Origin: Candidatus Poribacteria bacterium
Lineage (GTDB): Bacteria; Poribacteria; WGA-4E; PCPOR2b
Assembly (NCBI GenBank): GCA_965215015.1
Contig: OZ244042.1
Location: 4,160,001-4,224,000, forward strand
Direction of reading: 5' to 3'
Length of the DNA: 64,000 bases
Position 1 is the stretch's first letter. Each line of letters opens with the position of its first letter. The translations under genes and the position numbers were made by a program. The notes below the pieces were generated by a model. That model was not told the origin of the DNA. It did not search any database and saw only the letters and a list, made by a program, of their open reading frames with translations. Shown here piece by piece: positions 48,839 to 58,583 of this stretch.

Positions 48839-51800
48839 CTAGAACTCTCTTTCCTCGTCAATCTTTGCATGTTCAATATACTCTTCCAATCCCCCCACAA
48901 ATTCATCAATCCATCGCTTGACATTCTCGTCATCTTCGCTTGCTTTGATACAAAGCAGCTTCTCTTTTTTTTCATCGAAGTGCAAGCTGGTAGGTCCATG
49001 CCATCCCTCTACTGGATAAATTTCCATTAGACTGCTTCGGACATCGTTTTGTGTGCCGTAGCGAACAAGAATTTCTTGCATCAAAGAAGTTTCCCACTCC
49101 TCTACTGAAAGGGTTTTAGGAACAAAAGTTGTAAGATGCCAAGCACGATTTTCTATATCCTCATCAACCCATTCCCAAATTTTTTCACGTGGAATAAGTG
49201 TTAGTGCTCCTTTTCTTTTTTCTCTTACCGAGGAACTTCCCTCTCTAAGCCACCGTTCTAGATTGTCCCTTCTTGAAAAATCCGTTTGGTTCTCTAAGAG
49301 TGGACTGACTTGCCTCCACACCTCCGCGGGATACCGCTCCGTAATTTTATCCAGCACCGAGCATGTTTGTGAATCAACATTAATAATTGCCCCATCTTGA
49401 CCAAAGTGAGAGAGCATTGGCCCTATAAGTTCTAAACCCTTTTCAGGATAAAGATGTAGGAACGCTTCTCCAATCTCTGTCCAACAGTAATCTATCGTTG
49501 TATCAAATTGATGTAGGTCTAACCCTTCAAACAGAAAGGGCTGCATAAGCACCCGGAACGTCAAGTCGCACGGTAAAGCTGGTTTTGATTTTTGGAAAAC
49601 GTAGTAATAGTGGTAAAGCTTCAATACAATTAACGTAGCAGATTCCTCCGTTACATTCAGTAGAAACTTGATCCACGCAGTGAAGACCTCATTGGACAGA
49701 CTTTCAGTAGCTTTACCGTAGGCGAAAATTCCGAAGTGATTGACACCGATGATGCCACTCGTAGCAAGTTCGAGAACCCGCAAACCCGCTCGATCTGTCA
49801 GGCCAGAACGACACGTGAGTTCTGGAATTACTATATTGAGAGTGCCATCATTAACCAGTGCGTCAAGTTGTTCTTCCCATTGCAACACATCTCTGTCAAA
49901 GATTGCGCGGAAATAGCCTCCTAGAAAATAAACACTCGCATTTTCCCCACCGTTTCGTTGGGCACAGAGAAGTGTCGGTAGAAGAGTGAATCCATCATCT
50001 TTCTTCCCAAGTTCATTTCCAAAATGGTACCCCTTCTGTGCTTCTGTTGTAACGAGCCAATGCAGTTCAGATTGCAAAAGGGAAGGAGTATCAACAGCTT
50101 GCTGGGCAAGTTTTTCAACTTTAGGTTGCACTTGATCTGAGTAATTTCGTTCTTCGTCAAATTGGTCTTCAAACAAACCCATCCCAACATACCGTTGCAT
50201 CAGAGAATGAAAGTCCGAACCAACTAATTCGTCACGCAGTTGTTCCCAACGTTGTCGGGTTTCCACAGATAATTTCTTGCCTTCATAGTAAAAAAATTCA
50301 ACAATTTTTGCAATAATCTGCTTTTCATTAACAAATGCTTCTTCTACGAGCATCCGAATTGTGTCAACGACCAGATTGCTCAGGTCCTCAATTCTCCCAA
50401 TATGGTGTGCATGGCCGATTAAAATGTCTACCCCCTCTTTACGCTCATCTTCGGGCAAACCTGCTAATTGTTCAGATAGGAGTTGCCATACTCGCTTGTA
50501 GGCGTCCCAAAGTTCGCCGTATGTTTTGGGTATCCAAAAATTAGGCTCCGAACGTAACCCTTGGTATTCAGCACCATACGTTCTTGAAAAACTTTCTAAT
50601 TGTAACGCAGCATCACAGGCCTTCACCGCAAGAAGGCGACGTTCCTTTGAACCGGATTCAAACGCCTCTTTTAAAATAGAAAACCGTTTTGCCGGGGAGG
50701 CTTCGGTTGGGCCGGCTCTGCCGGGCCTTGGTGAAAAGAGTCCTGCGAACACACCACTGGCGTTGTTTGAAAAGCCTTCATTCTCCGCTTCACCGAGGGC
50801 AAGAAGTAACCGTGCGGCATCGGCAAACAGATCTTCCCACATGGCAATTTTTTCAAGTGCCCATACTACATTCCTTCGTCCTTCCGTAAATTGTAAAAGG
50901 GCATTTCTATCCCAGCTCCCTATCGTTCTCGTTAGACATCTTAGGGCAGATGTCGGATTCGCTTCAGTCAGTGCTAAAAAAAAACGGCTGCCCAGCCTAG
51001 TTTTCAGATTTGCATCGTTATGAAAGGGTCCGTTAGGACCGAGAAGGTCCTCGACAATTCTTGATGCGGCTTCCGATTCGGCAGCATATTGAAACATCTC
51101 ATAGAACCACTCAAGTAGTTCTGGTTTTAGGCCTTGTTTAAATTCCTCAAGGTCAAACCCTCTACCATAAATATCCCACCACTCTATCCACAACTTGATA
51201 TGGAGGGCTTTTGGTGTAATATACAATGTATACTCACCTTGCAGGATTTTACGGTTTTTCAGCTCCTCGATGATTTCTTGAAATTTATCCCATCTGATCT
51301 CAACCTTTTGAGCAATGGCTTTGGCTTCACGCACAACAAATCGCTCATAACCGAACCGCTTAAAGAGAGCAATGTATCGAAGTACTCGTCTCATCTCTTT
51401 AACTTCTTGGCTATCTGGATTCGCTCTTCCAACAATGTATCGTTCCCAAATATTAACAGTGCCTAAAGGTCTGAGCAGATCTTCTGGATAATTCATCAAA
51501 TTCTCGCCGATGATATGCGCCACCCTTGGTGAACCATCACAAAGGTCAGCCCATCGGTCAGCTTGGGCCGCGGGCATCGGATATTTATGAATGATGATGT
51601 TGCGAATCTGTTCGGCTTCTAGTGGTGGAGTATCATAATAGGCAATGCCTCCGGCCTCCTCCTCGTAGTCATTATAGATGGTAGCCAATTTAATCCTCGG
51701 TCCACGATATCTCAATTTATCCCAGATGTATGATCGACTATCCGGATCGCACTCATCAATTACCAAAACAGCAGAAAATTGGTTGTCATCTCGGAGAAGT

Positions 51801-52627
51801 TGATTCATCAAAACACTGTCCCGAAACTGAGAAGCTGAACAGTAAATAACAAGTGGAGATAAATCTTCAGTTCTTGTTGCTTCCAAAGCAAGTTTCGTTT
51901 TACCAATACCAGGGGCACCCAACACCCGTACATGAACTGTGTCATCGTTTCGCCGCAATTCGTTTTGAATGTTTGCAATCAATTCCCGCTGCGATTGCCC
52001 AGAAACGAATGGAAATCGCATGTTAGCATCTTGCCTCCAGCTATTGTGTGTTTGAAATGCTGCTTCTCCGCGTCCATTTATCTGCAAAGCCAAAGATGGA
52101 AATATCTTAAGGAAACCGCACAAAGTATTTTGGCTCCACACATCAAATTTGGGGTTCGGGTAACCACACTGCTTTAGGTAATTCTTAATGTGAGAAACGG
52201 TGTCTCTATGTTGGGAATCAACTAGGTCAATCGCAGTGCAAACCAGGACATAAGTGCCATCATTATCAAGGCAAGCTTGAATACTTTCACCAAGGTTCTG
52301 TTTATTTGGTGGTATTCTTTCGCCGAAGAGTTCCTTCCGAATTTCTGATTCCTGCCATGGCCTGAAGCTTTGCCCCGATTTAATCTGGTAACTGGTCTGC
52401 CCTGTTTTAATCAGATCACTCGGGACCGAAGTCTCATTTTCAACAACGACTGCATCAACTCCCCCATCTGGGACATCGGTTTGAATCGACACATTAATCT
52501 TGCTGATTTCTATACCGAGTCTCCGCGCCTCAGCCCAAAGTAATTCTCTAAAAAACAAAGCTGCTTCTGGCGGCTTGAGCCTGCCAAGATCTTCGTTATT
52601 GACAGTGAAAATAGTTTGTTCATTCAT
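48839..52627 (-). CDS. Mrr-like nuclease-STAND NTPase with long helical C-terminus (Avs-like defence candidate)
   Basis: PDGGVDA...YQIK; Walker A GAPGIGKT; Walker B LVIDE; GSP motif; about 700 aa of helical-repeat-like C-terminus. Confidence 0.75.
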   Translation of the reverse strand: MNEQTIFTVNNEDLGRLKPPEAALFFRELLWAEARRLGIEISKINVSIQTDVPDGGVDAVVVENETSVPSDLIKTGQTSYQIKSGQSFRPWQESEIRKELFGERIPPNKQNLGESIQACLDNDGTYVLVCTAIDLVDSQHRDTVSHIKNYLKQCGYPNPKFDVWSQNTLCGFLKIFPSLALQINGRGEAAFQTHNSWRQDANMRFPFVSGQSQRELIANIQNELRRNDDTVHVRVLGAPGIGKTKLALEATRTEDLSPLVIYCSASQFRDSVLMNQLLRDDNQFSAVLVIDECDPDSRSYIWDKLRYRGPRIKLATIYNDYEEEAGGIAYYDTPPLEAEQIRNIIIHKYPMPAAQADRWADLCDGSPRVAHIIGENLMNYPEDLLRPLGTVNIWERYIVGRANPDSQEVKEMRRVLRYIALFKRFGYERFVVREAKAIAQKVEIRWDKFQEIIEELKNRKILQGEYTLYITPKALHIKLWIEWWDIYGRGFDLEEFKQGLKPELLEWFYEMFQYAAESEAASRIVEDLLGPNGPFHNDANLKTRLGSRFFLALTEANPTSALRCLTRTIGSWDRNALLQFTEGRRNVVWALEKIAMWEDLFADAARLLLALGEAENEGFSNNASGVFAGLFSPRPGRAGPTEASPAKRFSILKEAFESGSKERRLLAVKACDAALQLESFSRTYGAEYQGLRSEPNFWIPKTYGELWDAYKRVWQLLSEQLAGLPEDERKEGVDILIGHAHHIGRIEDLSNLVVDTIRMLVEEAFVNEKQIIAKIVEFFYYEGKKLSVETRQRWEQLRDELVGSDFHSLMQRYVGMGLFEDQFDEERNYSDQVQPKVEKLAQQAVDTPSLLQSELHWLVTTEAQKGYHFGNELGKKDDGFTLLPTLLCAQRNGGENASVYFLGGYFRAIFDRDVLQWEEQLDALVNDGTLNIVIPELTCRSGLTDRAGLRVLELATSGIIGVNHFGIFAYGKATESLSNEVFTAWIKFLLNVTEESATLIVLKLYHYYYVFQKSKPALPCDLTFRVLMQPFLFEGLDLHQFDTTIDYCWTEIGEAFLHLYPEKGLELIGPMLSHFGQDGAIINVDSQTCSVLDKITERYPAEVWRQVSPLLENQTDFSRRDNLERWLREGSSSVREKRKGALTLIPREKIWEWVDEDIENRAWHLTTFVPKTLSVEEWETSLMQEILVRYGTQNDVRSSLMEIYPVEGWHGPTSLHFDEKKEKLLCIKASEDDENVKRWIDEFVGGLEEYIEHAKIDEEREF

Positions 52628-52657
52628 TGCTTATCTCCAATTGGTTATGGTTAAGCT

Positions 52658-52787
52658 GAGGGGTGTGCATAATTATTGTCTGAATCGCGGAGTCAGCAGA
52701 TGAAGCAGGTTACACGGAACAGATAGGGGCTCAGGTTGTGGGGGTTACAGCACGCGGAGCGTCCCTACTACTTTATGATTACCCCTG
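52658..52787. mobile_element. MITE family A copy (degenerate, no target duplication)
   Basis: GAGGGGTGTGCATAATTATTGTCTGAATC is shared with the 15367 copy; right end TTATGATTACCCCTG. Confidence 0.6.
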
Positions 52788-52884
52788 ACATATATGATAC
52801 CATTTCTGTTGTTAGAAACGCATATTTTGCAAAAAAAGTCGCCTAACTGCATCGCTTGCGTTATACCAGCAAATCAATAACACC

Positions 52885-54612
52885 TCATAGTCCCAAAACC
52901 TCATTCAGTAAGCCTTCGCTTTTCCGCTCAAGTGTTAGTATTTCATCGGCAATTTCTTTGAGCGATCGCAACGGTGTGTACTGATAGAAATACCGATTGA
53001 AGTTAATCTCGTATCCCACCTTATCCTTCTTTCTGTCTAGCCAGCTGTCCGGTAGGTGTGGTTTAACCTCTCGTTGGTAGTAATCATCAATCTCCGTTGT
53101 GAGGGGGACGCGCTCATAGTCTCGCAGGGCGGGATCCGGTTTCGGATTCCCCCGCTTGTCCCGGAGGACAACCCCTGTCTCCGAGTCAATGAGCGGTCTC
53201 TCAACCCTTACTTTCGTGTAGCCGAAAAAGTCGTTTGGATAGATTTTGGAGTGTTCAGTCTCCTCAAAGTTGGCGTACAGCTCCACTATTTGACGGATAT
53301 GGCTATCAGAGATAAAAACCCCCTTGTCTCCAAGATTTTTTTTCATCTTATCGAAGCAGTCAACGGCGTTGATTAATTGTATCTTACCCTGTCGGCCCCC
53401 TGATTTTTGGTTCGTCAAGATCCAGATATAGGTGGAGATACTGGTGTTGAAAAACAGCTTATCGGGCAGTGCGATAATACACTCCAACCAGTCGTTTTCG
53501 ATGATCCAGCGTCGGATTTCGCTTTCACCGCTGCCGGCATCACCCGTAAAGAGCGGCGACCCGTTAAAGACAATTCCGACCCGACTCCCGCGATCCTCCA
53601 TCTTGGAGAGCATGTGCTGCAAGAACAGCAACGCCCCATCGGAGGAGCGAGGTGTACCGGCTGAGAATCTACCATAGGCGGTCTGCGCTTCCGCTTTCAC
53701 CGTCGCTTCATCAGACCTCCAACTGACGCCAAAGGGTGGATTCGTTATCATATAATCGAAGCGTGCTCCCTGAAATTGGTCCTCGGAGAGGCAGGAGCCG
53801 AGTTGAATATTGTCGGGGTCCTCTCCAGTAATAAGCATATCCGACTTGCAGATTGCATAGGTCTGTGCGTTCAGTTCCTGACCCAACAACCGAATATCGG
53901 CCTCCGGATTAATCTGTTCACGAAAGTAGTCCTTCCCAATCGTTAACATGCCGCCTGTCCCGCAACATGGGTCAAAGATACTGCGTATAACCCCCTGCCC
54001 ACGTAGATCTTCACGGTGTTCCGCAAATAGCACCGAGACCAATAACCGCACCACATCCCGCGGCGTGTAGTGTTCCCCGCTGGTTTCGTTGGACATCTCC
54101 GAGAATCGGCGGAGCAGCTCCTCAAACACCTGCCCCATCGTGTGATTGTCTACCTGATTTGGGTGTAAATCGACTTCAGTAAACTTATCGCAGAAGATGA
54201 ACAACCTGTTGTTTTTGTGCAGTCGCTCGATAAACCGATTGAGATTGAAGTTTTCAATGATGTCGCGCACGTCCTTACTGAATCCGTTGAGGTAGTTCTC
54301 AAAGTTGAGGTAGATATTGTTCGGGTCCGCTTTCAACCGAGATAGGTCGTACTGGGAGGTATTGTAGAAACTGGTGTTTGTCTCTTTCATAATAATCGGC
54401 GGTAGTGCGTCTTCAGAGACTTTATATTCGTATAGCTTGTAGGCATTGATGGCTTTCTCTTTTCGTCCGTCCTCTTCTAAAATGCAGTCCAACCGGCGCA
54501 GCACCAGAAACGGGAGGGTAATGTCGCCGTATTCGTGTGGTTTGAACAGTCCCCGCAGCACATCATCCGCCACATTCCAAACCAAATTTGCGAGTTCTTG
54601 ATAGTTTGCCAT
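52885..54612 (-). CDS. hsdM: Type I restriction-modification methyltransferase subunit M
   Basis: GEHYTPRDVV, DPCCGTGGML, GQELN, NPPF; start MANYQ after GGA RBS. Confidence 0.96.
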   Translation of the reverse strand: MANYQELANLVWNVADDVLRGLFKPHEYGDITLPFLVLRRLDCILEEDGRKEKAINAYKLYEYKVSEDALPPIIMKETNTSFYNTSQYDLSRLKADPNNIYLNFENYLNGFSKDVRDIIENFNLNRFIERLHKNNRLFIFCDKFTEVDLHPNQVDNHTMGQVFEELLRRFSEMSNETSGEHYTPRDVVRLLVSVLFAEHREDLRGQGVIRSIFDPCCGTGGMLTIGKDYFREQINPEADIRLLGQELNAQTYAICKSDMLITGEDPDNIQLGSCLSEDQFQGARFDYMITNPPFGVSWRSDEATVKAEAQTAYGRFSAGTPRSSDGALLFLQHMLSKMEDRGSRVGIVFNGSPLFTGDAGSGESEIRRWIIENDWLECIIALPDKLFFNTSISTYIWILTNQKSGGRQGKIQLINAVDCFDKMKKNLGDKGVFISDSHIRQIVELYANFEETEHSKIYPNDFFGYTKVRVERPLIDSETGVVLRDKRGNPKPDPALRDYERVPLTTEIDDYYQREVKPHLPDSWLDRKKDKVGYEINFNRYFYQYTPLRSLKEIADEILTLERKSEGLLNEVLGL

Positions 54613-54681
54613 TCGTCTCCTTTCCTCGAAATTGAATCCATTGTGAAGTCCAGATATGAATCTCAATCCACGGGCTTAAAT

Positions 54682-54751
54682 GTAGTGCAGGTTTCCTGAC
54701 CTGCGATGCAATTGACTTACGAACAGATCACAGGTTGGGAACCTGTGCTAC
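54682..54751. repeat. Inverted REP doublet (REPIN-like)
   Basis: GTAGTGCAGGTTTCCTGACCTGC ... CACAGGTTGGGAACCTGTGCTAC. Confidence 0.65.
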
Positions 54752-54860
54752 TATCTATTGCGCTCCTCTGGGGCGCGAGGGTTGAGTCTATCGCCGTTCT
54801 ATAGGCATATCGCTCCTCATAGAGTGGAAGGCGGATGCCCGTTTTCTGGTTTTCTCGTCT

Positions 54861-55538
54861 TTACCCCTCCGCGGGTGCGACGCAATCAGGAAAGTCGTTA
54901 CTGGGGCGATTGACAAGGCGTGAAACCGGATAAGCCATCATCTCTTCAGGGGGGTAGGGCTTGAGGAGTCCATCCAACTGCTTAGCACTTTGCTCGCTCG
55001 GATCTAACCACAGATTATAGGCATCGGGTTCTAGGATAACCGGCATTCGCCGGTGGATGGTCTCCATGAGTGAGTTAGGCGAGGTAGTAATGATCGTGCA
55101 GGAGAGCAGGGGCTCATCGTCTGGACGGGGATACCACGCCTCCCATAACCCCGCAAAGGCAAACGGTTTCTCAGATTTGAGTCGAACATAAATCGGGGTT
55201 TTGGATTTGCTCCCCGGCTCACTCCGCCATTCATAAAACCCATCGGAAAGGATGAGGCATCGGCGTCGCTTGTAGGGGGTCCGAAAGGAAGGTTTCTCCG
55301 CCAAGGTTTCGGCACGCGCATTAATCATGCGATTGCCGATTTTGGGATCCTTTGCCCAAGACGGAATCAGTCCCCATTGGAAAAATTCTACGTTGTTCTC
55401 ACCCTTGTTCGGTACGACAGCGACCTCCTGAGAGGGAGCGATATTGTAACGGGGACTCAGTTCATCGGGGATTGTGAAGCCGGGAAAAGTTTCTGTCAAA
55501 GTCTCAGGGGCCGTTTTCAATGTAAATCGTCCGCACAT
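54861..55538 (-). CDS. SRAP/YedK (HMCES-like) abasic-site processing protein
   Basis: MCGRF, RYNIAPSQ, WGLIPSW, INARAET, GFYEW, HRRMPVIL. Confidence 0.93.
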   Translation of the reverse strand: MCGRFTLKTAPETLTETFPGFTIPDELSPRYNIAPSQEVAVVPNKGENNVEFFQWGLIPSWAKDPKIGNRMINARAETLAEKPSFRTPYKRRRCLILSDGFYEWRSEPGSKSKTPIYVRLKSEKPFAFAGLWEAWYPRPDDEPLLSCTIITTSPNSLMETIHRRMPVILEPDAYNLWLDPSEQSAKQLDGLLKPYPPEEMMAYPVSRLVNRPSNDFPDCVAPAEG

Positions 55539-55718
55539 GCTAGTCTCCTTAGAAATAACGCAAGTTGCTACCTAGGGGCAATTTCCTGTCTCAACTGAGG
55601 GAAGGGCGTTCAAAAATAATACGTAACGAGTAATACGTAAAATCCTCTTCTTTACGCATCACGTATTATTCAGTGTTAATTATATCATAACGACAGTTAA
55701 TTAACCATTAAAAACATT

Positions 55719-57164
55719 TCACGTTTCACGCTTTACGTTTATAGTGTGCCAAGGTGTTGCACGTTCATAAGCATGGGCGACTTGCAGCAGCGTTTTTTCA
55801 GACCACCACGACCCAGAAATCTGTAACCCGACGGGCAAACCTTCCCCACTATCGGAATCTTTGACCTGTGCAAAGCCACACGGCACAGAGATTGAGGGCA
55901 AACCGATCAGGTTAAACAGACGAGTGTTCTGCGTCAAGCGCGGTCGGATGCGATTGGACTCGCTGCTCCCAGACAAATCATGCGTGCTCCGAAGCGGAGC
56001 AGGGATGGGAACAGTAGGTGATAAAATGCAGTCAACTTCCTCAAACACTCGGGCAAATTCGCGTCTGGCGATCTCCCGTACCCGAACCGCTCTAATATAG
56101 TCCGACGCCGATAAAGACAGGCCATCTTCAAGTAGCTCCCGCACATCAACCCCATAATCCTCTCGATGCGCTGCGAGACGCTGCTGATGAAAATGACCCG
56201 CCTCCGCCATCAAAAGTGTCAGTGTCGCCTCATGCCCCGCCTCCACAGATGGCAGATCGAGTTCGACAATCTCTACCCCCAATCCCTCTAGGACTTTGAT
56301 AGCGTTACCGACAGTTTGCTCAATTTCCGGGTGTAGGTTATCAAAAAAATGCTGTTTCGGAACCCCTGCCCTGCGTCCGCGGATGGGTTGTTCTAATCCC
56401 TCGGTGTAGTCCGGCACAGGTCGATTTTCGCTGTGTACATCACGCGAATCGTAACCAGCAAGGGTATTCATCATCAGTGCGACATCGTGAACATAGCGGC
56501 ACATGGGGCCGACACAATCGAGAGACTGCGCCAGTTCAATCACGCCGTGCGCGCTGATTCGCCCATAGGTCGGTTTCAACCCCACATGTCCACATACCGC
56601 CGCCGGGATACGGATTGACCCGCCGGTATCGCTTCCCAATGCACCGGCACAGCAGCCCACAACAACGGCTGACGCCGACCCTCCACTCGACCCGCCCGGT
56701 ACACGCGAGGTGTCCCAAGGATTGGCGGTCGCTCCAAAGTGTGGATTCTCCGTCGTCACACCGAAAGCGAATTCGTGCAAATTGGTCTTACCGATGATGA
56801 TAGCCCCGGCACTCTTCAGCTTAGATACCAGCGTGGCGTCGAATTGCGGAGATTCCTCTGAAAAGAAGTTTGAGCCACATGTGCTCTGTGTTCCTTCAAC
56901 GCAGATTATATCCTTGAGGGCGATTGGTATTCCGTGCAGCGGCCCGCGATTCTTCCCGCTTCTTATCTCTGCCTCCGCCTGTCTAGCACTTTCGAGGCTC
57001 TCCTCACGAAATACTGTAATGAAGGCATTCAACTGTGGTTCATACCGATCAATTGCCTGAAGTGTCGCCCCAATGAGTTCAACGGGAGAGATTTCGCCCT
57101 TGCGGATTTGTGTTGCAAACCGAGCAATTGATGCGTGAAGGAAATCGTCCATCGTGCCCTCCAT
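55719..57164 (-). CDS. Amidase signature family protein
   Basis: LHGIPIALKD, GKTNLHEF, PGGSSGGS, GSDTGGSIRIPA, GLKPTYG. Confidence 0.92.
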   Translation of the reverse strand: MEGTMDDFLHASIARFATQIRKGEISPVELIGATLQAIDRYEPQLNAFITVFREESLESARQAEAEIRSGKNRGPLHGIPIALKDIICVEGTQSTCGSNFFSEESPQFDATLVSKLKSAGAIIIGKTNLHEFAFGVTTENPHFGATANPWDTSRVPGGSSGGSASAVVVGCCAGALGSDTGGSIRIPAAVCGHVGLKPTYGRISAHGVIELAQSLDCVGPMCRYVHDVALMMNTLAGYDSRDVHSENRPVPDYTEGLEQPIRGRRAGVPKQHFFDNLHPEIEQTVGNAIKVLEGLGVEIVELDLPSVEAGHEATLTLLMAEAGHFHQQRLAAHREDYGVDVRELLEDGLSLSASDYIRAVRVREIARREFARVFEEVDCILSPTVPIPAPLRSTHDLSGSSESNRIRPRLTQNTRLFNLIGLPSISVPCGFAQVKDSDSGEGLPVGLQISGSWWSEKTLLQVAHAYERATPWHTINVKRET

Positions 57165-57538
57165 TAGTCCTTAACCGATTTAACGGCGATGGCAGCAAGT
57201 ATACCGAACCACACCGGAATCGTCAGTCCAATCGTTCACTTGAAGTTATCTCGAATGTCTTTGCTCAAGCGAGCGTAAGTATCAGTGAGCCGCGCATCAG
57301 GCGAACTCATTCGATTTTCTACAGAAACAATACGATTTTCCATTGAGCGCATACGTGCACCAAGTGTACCAAACCGCTTATTAATCTGATATAGCGCGCC
57401 GCGCCAGTCATTCTGTTCCTTGATAACTTCCAACAATATCCCCCCATGCTGTTGAAGCATTGCACGGTATTACTGGAGCGTTATACTGTGCTGTTGGAGA
57501 ATATTTTTGATTTCTGCGATTTCAGGATTGGTATTCAT
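57164..57538 (-). pseudogene. Coiled-coil protein with C-terminal TM anchor and two in-frame stops
   Basis: MNTNPEIAEIKNILQQHSITLQ*YRAMLQQH...DNFK*TIGLTIPVWFGILAAIAVK; stops at 57470-57472 and 57236-57238; final TAA overlaps the amidase ATG. Confidence 0.65.
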
Positions 57539-57617
57539 GTGCACTTCCTTTCGACGGAGCGCATTGTATCAACTGTTCGCCCATAGATCAAGGATAAATG
57601 GACAACCGCCCCGCGAA

Positions 57618-58421
57618 TTACCCTTCGCGTTTGAGGAGCTGATCCGCGTTTGGACGGATTTGCATCAGATCTTTTGGCCTACTGAGTTCGTACATAAACA
57701 CTCCAGAATACTCAATCTCATTCAATGCTCCCACAACCCCCTTCCAATCAACGGTGCCGCGACCCGGCAAGAGATGTTCGTCTTGCTCACCGTGATTGTC
57801 GTGCAGGTGCAAGGTGATGAGATGTTCGCCAATGGTCCGCAGTGCTTCCACCGGATCACCCACGATATTGCGATGTCCCGTGTCAATAACAACCCCCACA
57901 TTCGGGGCACCTACATCCGTCATAAGCTCGACAAGGCGTGTCGGCTCGCGGGTATAACCACGCGGTGTGTTTTCCAACGCAAAGGAGACCTCTCTGGGGG
58001 CTGCGTATTCCGCAACGGTGTTCAGGTTGTCCAGAAATGCGGATCGCTTTTCTGCGTGGAGGGGTTCATCAGGCTCCGGAATCTGGATATGATGTGTCAC
58101 GAGGATACCCCCACCTAAAACCGCCATGACATCCACCGCCTGACGATAGGCAATCAGCGTTTTATCCCGTTGTGCGGCGTTGAGCGTTGCGAGGTCATAA
58201 GCGTCGAATATTTCCAGATGGATGTGAAGCGAGTTAAGATGTAACGATAGATCTCTCATCGCTAGATGCAGTGCTGTAAATGCCTCAAGATCAGTGTATG
58301 AAAATTCGGGGTGATAATCTGTTAGCTCTAGAGATTCAATGCCTGCCTGCTGAAATTCACGGAAGAGTGTCCAGTTCAGGGGGCGGTCCCGATGCAGTAT
58401 TGTCGAAGCACCAATTTTCAT
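57618..58421 (-). CDS. Sugar phosphate isomerase/epimerase
   Basis: ALEN, DTGH, HLHDNHG, DEHLLPGRG, MYE. Confidence 0.85.
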   Translation of the reverse strand: MKIGASTILHRDRPLNWTLFREFQQAGIESLELTDYHPEFSYTDLEAFTALHLAMRDLSLHLNSLHIHLEIFDAYDLATLNAAQRDKTLIAYRQAVDVMAVLGGGILVTHHIQIPEPDEPLHAEKRSAFLDNLNTVAEYAAPREVSFALENTPRGYTREPTRLVELMTDVGAPNVGVVIDTGHRNIVGDPVEALRTIGEHLITLHLHDNHGEQDEHLLPGRGTVDWKGVVGALNEIEYSGVFMYELSRPKDLMQIRPNADQLLKREG

Positions 58422-58583
58422 GGCGGTTCTCCTTTCCTTGTTTAGTTATTTGGCTATGGGCTCTCAGCGTTAATGGGACAGTTATTTCTGGATTATTAAA
58501 TCAATTTCTGGTAAACTTTTCGCAATCACTGAACCATCCGAAGTTTCAAAGGCTTTAGAAATTTAGTGTATATTGGAGGAAAG

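Noticed and set aside
55719-57164. gatA assignment
   Set aside because: No gatB or gatC neighbours, and LHEFAFG fits general amidases; left unnamed
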